Part shown: in pieces, positions 59,648 through 64,000 of the stretch | Numbering within the stretch: position 1 is the first letter of the stretch | Layout of the letters: each line of letters opens with the position of its first letter | Assembly: GCA_029259535.1 (NCBI GenBank) | Contig: JAPHEF010000005.1 | Coordinates: 97-64,096, forward strand | Source of the DNA: Candidatus Alkanophaga liquidiphilum | GTDB taxonomy: Archaea; Halobacteriota; Syntropharchaeia; Alkanophagales; B39-G2 | Direction of reading: 5' to 3' | DNA length: 64,000 bases | Position numbers and translations under genes: made by a program | Notes under the pieces: model-generated | The model's database searches: none | Told to the model about the DNA's origin: nothing | What the model saw: only the letters and a program-made list of their open reading frames with translations

Positions 59648-60847
59648 TCACCCCCCTAATTTTATTTCCTTCCGATTCTCGATGCTGTAAGCCATTATGT
59701 GGTGGAGGGATGCCAGTCCGCTCAGGTTATGAGTGATGGCTATTCTGGCGTTGCTGCCGACGTATCTTTCCTTGGGGACGCTGCCCCTGAACTGGTTAAA
59801 TACCTCCCAAGCTTGTCGGACGCCTGTGGCACCGAGGGGGTGCCCGAAGCTGAGGAGCCCGCCGCTGGGATTCACGGCGACGTCACCGCCGATGTAGCTG
59901 CGCCCCTCCTCAACGAACTTTCCACCTTCGCCTTTCTCGCAGAAACCAAGCTCTTCATACTCCATTATCTCGCTAATGGTAAAGCAGTCATGCAACTCTG
60001 CGAAATCAATGTCCCTAGGTCCGATGCCGAGCATGTTGTAAAGTTCTTTTGCCGCCCGCCTCAGGGCGGGCCACTCGCTGAGGTTGCCCATTTGGTTGAC
60101 GGTGTCGGCGGCGAAGACGCACTGCGTGCCGCCGATAATCCAAACAGGCGTGTCTGTGAGCTTCTTTGCTATTTCTTCAGCTGCAAGGACGACGGCGGCA
60201 GCGCCGTCCGTCATGCCGCAGCAATCGAAAAGACAAAGTGGCGGGGCAACGACTTTCGAATTTATCACGGCGTCGACGCTAAATCGCTTCGTGAACTGCG
60301 CATACGGGTTATAGGAGCCGTAAGTGGAATTTTTCTCCCTAACAACCGCCATTTGCTCCCTTGTCGTGCCATAATCATGCATGTGCCGCTGGGCGACCAT
60401 TGCGAAGAAGGGCGGCGCCGTCATTCCGCTGGGGCCATCGAACTCTCGGTTAGCGACGTTTATCATGCTCGTCTGGCTTATAGCCATGTTTTTGGAAGTC
60501 ATTTTTTCAACGCCAATGACGAAAGCGATATCGCTAAGCCCCGTGGCGATCGCGAGCCACGCATACCTGATTGCAGCTTGCCCGCTGGCGCAAGCTACTT
60601 CGGTCCTCGCTACGACTCTCGTCGGGCGCAAGCCAAGAAGTTCGGCGACAAGAGGCGCTACATGCGTCTGATACGCCCAGCGTTCGGGCTGCGCCGCCCC
60701 AACGATGAGAGAATCCACTTCTTTCTTATCAAGATTCGGCACGTCCTTGAATGCGGCTTTTCCTGCCTCCTGCACGAGATCCTTCCAGCTCGCCTCCCGC
60801 ACGCCGAATTTCGTTATCCCCGCCCCTACTATGGCGACGTTACGCAT
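59648..60847 (-). CDS. Thiolase (acetyl-CoA C-acetyltransferase / SCP-x-like, archaeal type)
   Basis: N-terminal VAIVGAGITKFG. Active-site Cys region. C-terminal thiolase motifs. 399 aa. Confidence 0.8.
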   Translation of the reverse strand: MRNVAIVGAGITKFGVREASWKDLVQEAGKAAFKDVPNLDKKEVDSLIVGAAQPERWAYQTHVAPLVAELLGLRPTRVVARTEVACASGQAAIRYAWLAIATGLSDIAFVIGVEKMTSKNMAISQTSMINVANREFDGPSGMTAPPFFAMVAQRHMHDYGTTREQMAVVREKNSTYGSYNPYAQFTKRFSVDAVINSKVVAPPLCLFDCCGMTDGAAAVVLAAEEIAKKLTDTPVWIIGGTQCVFAADTVNQMGNLSEWPALRRAAKELYNMLGIGPRDIDFAELHDCFTISEIMEYEELGFCEKGEGGKFVEEGRSYIGGDVAVNPSGGLLSFGHPLGATGVRQAWEVFNQFRGSVPKERYVGSNARIAITHNLSGLASLHHIMAYSIENRKEIKLGG

Positions 60848-60915
60848 CTTTTCACCTTAGAAAATTTCGCTCTGATGTTATTTAATTTTCATGTAAAACG
60901 CAGAGCAGAAATATT

Positions 60916-62334
60916 ATGAGGGAGATAGGGATTTCAATGAGTCTTGATGAAGTTTTCAACCCCTGCTCGGTGGTCGTGGTCGGCGCCTCTCCTGATGAAC
61001 GTAAGATGGGACACCAGTGCGTTAAAAGCTTGGTGGAGGCATTTGACGGGGAGATATACGTGGTGAACCCACATGCCAGCCGTATCTTAGGAATTAACTC
61101 TTACAAGTCGGTGAGGCAAATACCAGGAAGCGTGGACCTCGCAATCGTCGTCGTCCCCTCGAGCGTTGTGCTTTCCGCAGTTCGTGAGTGTGCGGAGAAA
61201 GGCGTCAAGGGCGCCGTCATAATCACAGGAGGCTTCAAAGAGGCGAGCGCCGCCGAGCGTGACGTCGACACAGGCGGCGAGCTTCTACAAGAGCAACTTG
61301 CAGCCTTGGCAGAAGAGGCAGGTATGAGGATTATAGGCCCGAATACGTTCGGATTCGTCAACGTCGGTGTGATAAATGCCTCGTTCTCGCCGGTTTTCAA
61401 CGGGCTGCGGAAGGGGCGTATCGCAATGGTTGGGCAGAGCGGCGGTGTCTGCCACATTTTTGCTTACATGGCAATGAACGAGGGTGTGGGGCTTAACAAG
61501 CTTGTGGGGCTTGGCAATAGATGCAATGTGGAATTCTACGACATTTTAGAGTATTTAGAGGAAGACGATGAAACGGATACGATTGCTATGCATATTGAGG
61601 GCATAGACGAGCCAAGGAAGCTGATGAACGCAGCGAGAAGAGTCGCAAAGAAGAAGCCTGTCGTTGCATACAAGGTAGGGCGAACAAGAGCTGTGGAGAG
61701 AGCGGCACTCTCGCACACGGGCTCGATGGCGGGCGAATATAAGCTTTACGACGCTGCGTTCCGCCAATCTGGTGTCGTCACGGTTAATAGCTGCGAGGAG
61801 CTGTTCGATGCTGCTAAGATACTTTCGTTGTGTCAGGACTGCTTGCCGAAGGGCAGGAAGGTTGCGATAATTTCGACGCAGGCGGGCCCCGGCATAATAC
61901 TGACGGACGAGTGCACGAGCGGCGGCTTGCAGCTTGCGAGGTTCTCTGAGGCTACTGAAAAGAAGCTAAAAAGGTTGCTGCCGCCACTGACGATAAGGGA
62001 GAACCCAGTGGACATGGCGTTCATCAGGGATGCGGGGCTCTGGCTGGAAGTTGTAAGGACGGTCTTAGCAGATGACGGCGTGGATGCCCTGATAATTTTC
62101 AACTTGTACCACCCCTCGTTCTTGCTGCCGCCTGAGGAAATTGTGGATGCGAGGCGCTGTTACGGGAAGCCACTAATCATGTGCACGAGCTTCCCGCACG
62201 AGCTTATGCTGAAAGAGAAAATTAAGTTAGAAGAGGAGGGCGTTCCTGTGTATAGCACGCCCGAACGAGGAGCTAAGGCGCTCATCACTCTTATAAAATA
62301 TGCGGAGATGAAAAGGAGGATTGAAAGCGGTTAA
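60916..62334 (+). CDS. ADP-forming acyl-CoA synthetase alpha subunit (CoA-binding + succinyl-CoA-synthetase-like domains)
   Basis: CoA-binding Rossmann domain SVVVVGASPDERKMG. Ligase-CoA domain. Confidence 0.7.
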   Translation: MREIGISMSLDEVFNPCSVVVVGASPDERKMGHQCVKSLVEAFDGEIYVVNPHASRILGINSYKSVRQIPGSVDLAIVVVPSSVVLSAVRECAEKGVKGAVIITGGFKEASAAERDVDTGGELLQEQLAALAEEAGMRIIGPNTFGFVNVGVINASFSPVFNGLRKGRIAMVGQSGGVCHIFAYMAMNEGVGLNKLVGLGNRCNVEFYDILEYLEEDDETDTIAMHIEGIDEPRKLMNAARRVAKKKPVVAYKVGRTRAVERAALSHTGSMAGEYKLYDAAFRQSGVVTVNSCEELFDAAKILSLCQDCLPKGRKVAIISTQAGPGIILTDECTSGGLQLARFSEATEKKLKRLLPPLTIRENPVDMAFIRDAGLWLEVVRTVLADDGVDALIIFNLYHPSFLLPPEEIVDARRCYGKPLIMCTSFPHELMLKEKIKLEEEGVPVYSTPERGAKALITLIKYAEMKRRIESG

Positions 62335-62404
62335 AATTAATTTGGCTGTCCACTACGAGCGTGAGGCGAGCTGCGGTGGAGTTGCTGTTGATCACGCATT
62401 AATC

Positions 62405-63433
62405 TCAAGGCTCGCATCGCACGACGAACGTATCATTAAATTTTTCGACGGTAAACTTCACGTCGAGGAACTTCTGCGTTATGTAGATGTTAGTGTCGAG
62501 GTGTTTTGTCACTTCTCTGACTTTTATCTCCGAAACCTCGCCGTCGGCGGCGGCGAGCGCCATGTAAGGCACGAGTTGGTCCGCGAGATGAACATCGACG
62601 GTGGCATTGGACTCAAGCTCACTTAGAATCGCAGCAGCAGCCTCCTCGCCGACGGCTTCCGCCCGCTTTCCCCGCTCGCCGAGGGCGCCCCCTGCCTTAA
62701 AGTCCTGCCAGAGAGTGATGCCGCTCCCCGGGCATGGGGTCTCTACCGTTTCGATTACGATGCTGGCGTCGTAGCCACGACTCTCAAGGGCACGAGCGGC
62801 GGCTCTCGCCTGCCGCTCCGCAACGTGCCTGGGCAAGGAGCCACAGTGCGAAACTCCTTTGACTTCGTTGCTACGCATCTCAAACTCGGTCAGGATGAAG
62901 CGCTTAAGCCCGCCGCTCAGCGGCTCAATGTGCGCTTCGACAACCCCCCCGCCTTTTGGGTAATAGCCACGTCGTAGGAGTCGCAGCGAAACTTCGCAGT
63001 TCATTTTTCGCAACGCCTTCAAAAAAACGTTCTTGTAGAAGTCGAAGGGCGGCGACCACGCAACGTCCGTCCCCCCTACAACTCTAAGGCTCGTAGCCTC
63101 ATCTGCGAAGAGCGCTGCGGGAATCAGGCATTGCAGGAGGAGTGTGATGCTGCCCGCCGTCCCTATATTTATCTCAAGACGCCCCCCCTCAACCCTTGAG
63201 GGTAAGAACTCAAGCGTAGTAGAGCGCAGCTTCAAACCCCTAACTTCAGCGTTGCATATTCGGCGGACGGTGTCCACCGCATTCAAATGCTGCGCTGCGA
63301 GCCCCGGAATCGGACGATTCGCTCGTATTTTCTCAATGCGAACGGGCTTCCCCGTGACCGCAGAAAGCGCCACCGCCGTCCTTACTATCTGACCGCCACC
63401 CTCGCCGTAAGAGCCATCTATCCTCACGTGCAT
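62405..63433 (-). CDS. rtcA: RNA 3'-terminal phosphate cyclase
   Basis: MHVRIDGSYGEGGGQIVRTAVALSAVTGKPVRIEKIRANRPIPGL is the RtcA N-terminus. Start placed at the internal Met; the ORF-track 5' extension is rejected. Confidence 0.85.
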   Translation of the reverse strand: MHVRIDGSYGEGGGQIVRTAVALSAVTGKPVRIEKIRANRPIPGLAAQHLNAVDTVRRICNAEVRGLKLRSTTLEFLPSRVEGGRLEINIGTAGSITLLLQCLIPAALFADEATSLRVVGGTDVAWSPPFDFYKNVFLKALRKMNCEVSLRLLRRGYYPKGGGVVEAHIEPLSGGLKRFILTEFEMRSNEVKGVSHCGSLPRHVAERQARAAARALESRGYDASIVIETVETPCPGSGITLWQDFKAGGALGERGKRAEAVGEEAAAAILSELESNATVDVHLADQLVPYMALAAADGEVSEIKVREVTKHLDTNIYITQKFLDVKFTVEKFNDTFVVRCEP

Positions 63434-64000
63434 GGTTTTCTCGTTTCGTTTTAGTTTAAATTTGGCTTCCGCTTGCGTAGCGTGCCGCGCCGCTGCTCGT
63501 CGCCGTAGCAGCCCCTTAGAAACGACATCGAAAGCAGGACGCTGGACATGTGGAACATCGTCCTCAGCGGCTGGGATGTTTTCATGCCGACATTCAGGAT
63601 GAAGAGAAATGCGGCGGCATCTGTCGTCCCGAGGGTCAGGCTCAAGCTTGGTGAACCTGTCGGCGCCACTGTTCTCTTCGAGTCTCCGCGTTCGTCCTTC
63701 TTGCAAACTTCAGCTGGAGCACTACTGCACGGCTCGTGATTCCTGCAAATCATCTCGTCGTCGGCGAATACGCCTTTGTCGCAACGTTCGAGGAGCGTCA
63801 CAAGTTTCAGGGAAGTTCCCATGATAACTGTGGAATGGCGGAGCTGTGAACCCCGCAAACCAGCATGGAGATAGGTGAAAAGCCTACTTGAACGCTGGAA
63901 GCCCCTTCCGATAGGGAGGGGTAGTTCACTCTTCATGTCAGCCCGCAAGCAGTGCGTCGTCTCGTCATTTAAAGCTTGTCAAGCGGAGTCATGGGTTGTT

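Noticed and set aside
62405-63706. 91-aa N-terminal extension of the RtcA ORF
   Set aside because: RtcA homologs begin at MHVRIDGSYGEGGGQ. The extension is Arg-rich low complexity with no conservation pattern.
63451-63948. 165-aa minus-strand ORF upstream of rtcA
   Set aside because: It has no recognisable domain and Ser/Arg-rich composition, and several short conflicting ORFs overlap it on the plus strand. It is left unannotated. I tested the region against SRP RNA and RNase P consensus motifs by eye and did not see them.

Overview
This reads as a GC-rich euryarchaeal chromosomal segment with a methanogen-like gene inventory: Ftr, CofD, a CofH-type radical SAM enzyme, a corrinoid protein with two MtaA-type methyltransferases, and PGF-CTERM/PEF-CTERM surface proteins. 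It is densely coding on both strands, with about 60 protein genes and two tRNAs (tRNA-Val-CAC on the minus strand, tRNA-Arg-TCT on the plus strand). I found no rRNA and no CRISPR array. Housekeeping genes include purL, purS, aroA, pcm, ribH, ribC, ribL, pyrH, psmB, nikR, aCPSF1, aIF1A, Rio1, a Dim2-like KH protein, rtcA, TrpRS-like, HGPRT and a split three-gene glutamate synthase. A beta-oxidation-like set is scattered through the window: acyl-CoA synthetase, 3-hydroxyacyl-CoA dehydrogenase, crotonase, thiolase with its DUF35 partner, and an ADP-forming acyl-CoA synthetase. The accessory or unusual content is, in order of interest: (1) a visibly AT-rich island at 41.5-43.3 kb carrying a TIR-like (DUF1863-type) protein with a C-terminal zinc ribbon, followed by a 674-bp ORF-less element bounded by 16-bp terminal inverted repeats (MITE-like); (2) a 610-aa W/R/K-rich coiled-coil ORFan with atypical codon usage immediately upstream of tRNA-Arg, followed by 357 bp of hairpin-rich non-coding sequence; (3) a roughly 200-230 nt intergenic element in two same-orientation copies (5283-5486, 13649-13878) with conserved blocks and compensatory changes in a terminal pairing, suggesting a structured RNA or small mobile repeat; (4) a translationally coupled CooC-like ATPase and MoxR-like AAA+ ATPase with a 4-Cys zinc-ribbon insertion, just downstream of the radical SAM gene; (5) a cluster of two tandem DUF116 Cys-rich membrane proteins plus a CrtI-like flavoprotein, divergent from a small wHTH-like protein; (6) two probable pseudogenes (a frameshifted PEF-CTERM surface protein and a crotonase with an in-frame TGA), an orphan IS1 InsA-like fragment, and an AT-rich 0.8-kb gap with transposase-like debris. 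All calls rest on reading the translations and the DNA directly; no database search was run.
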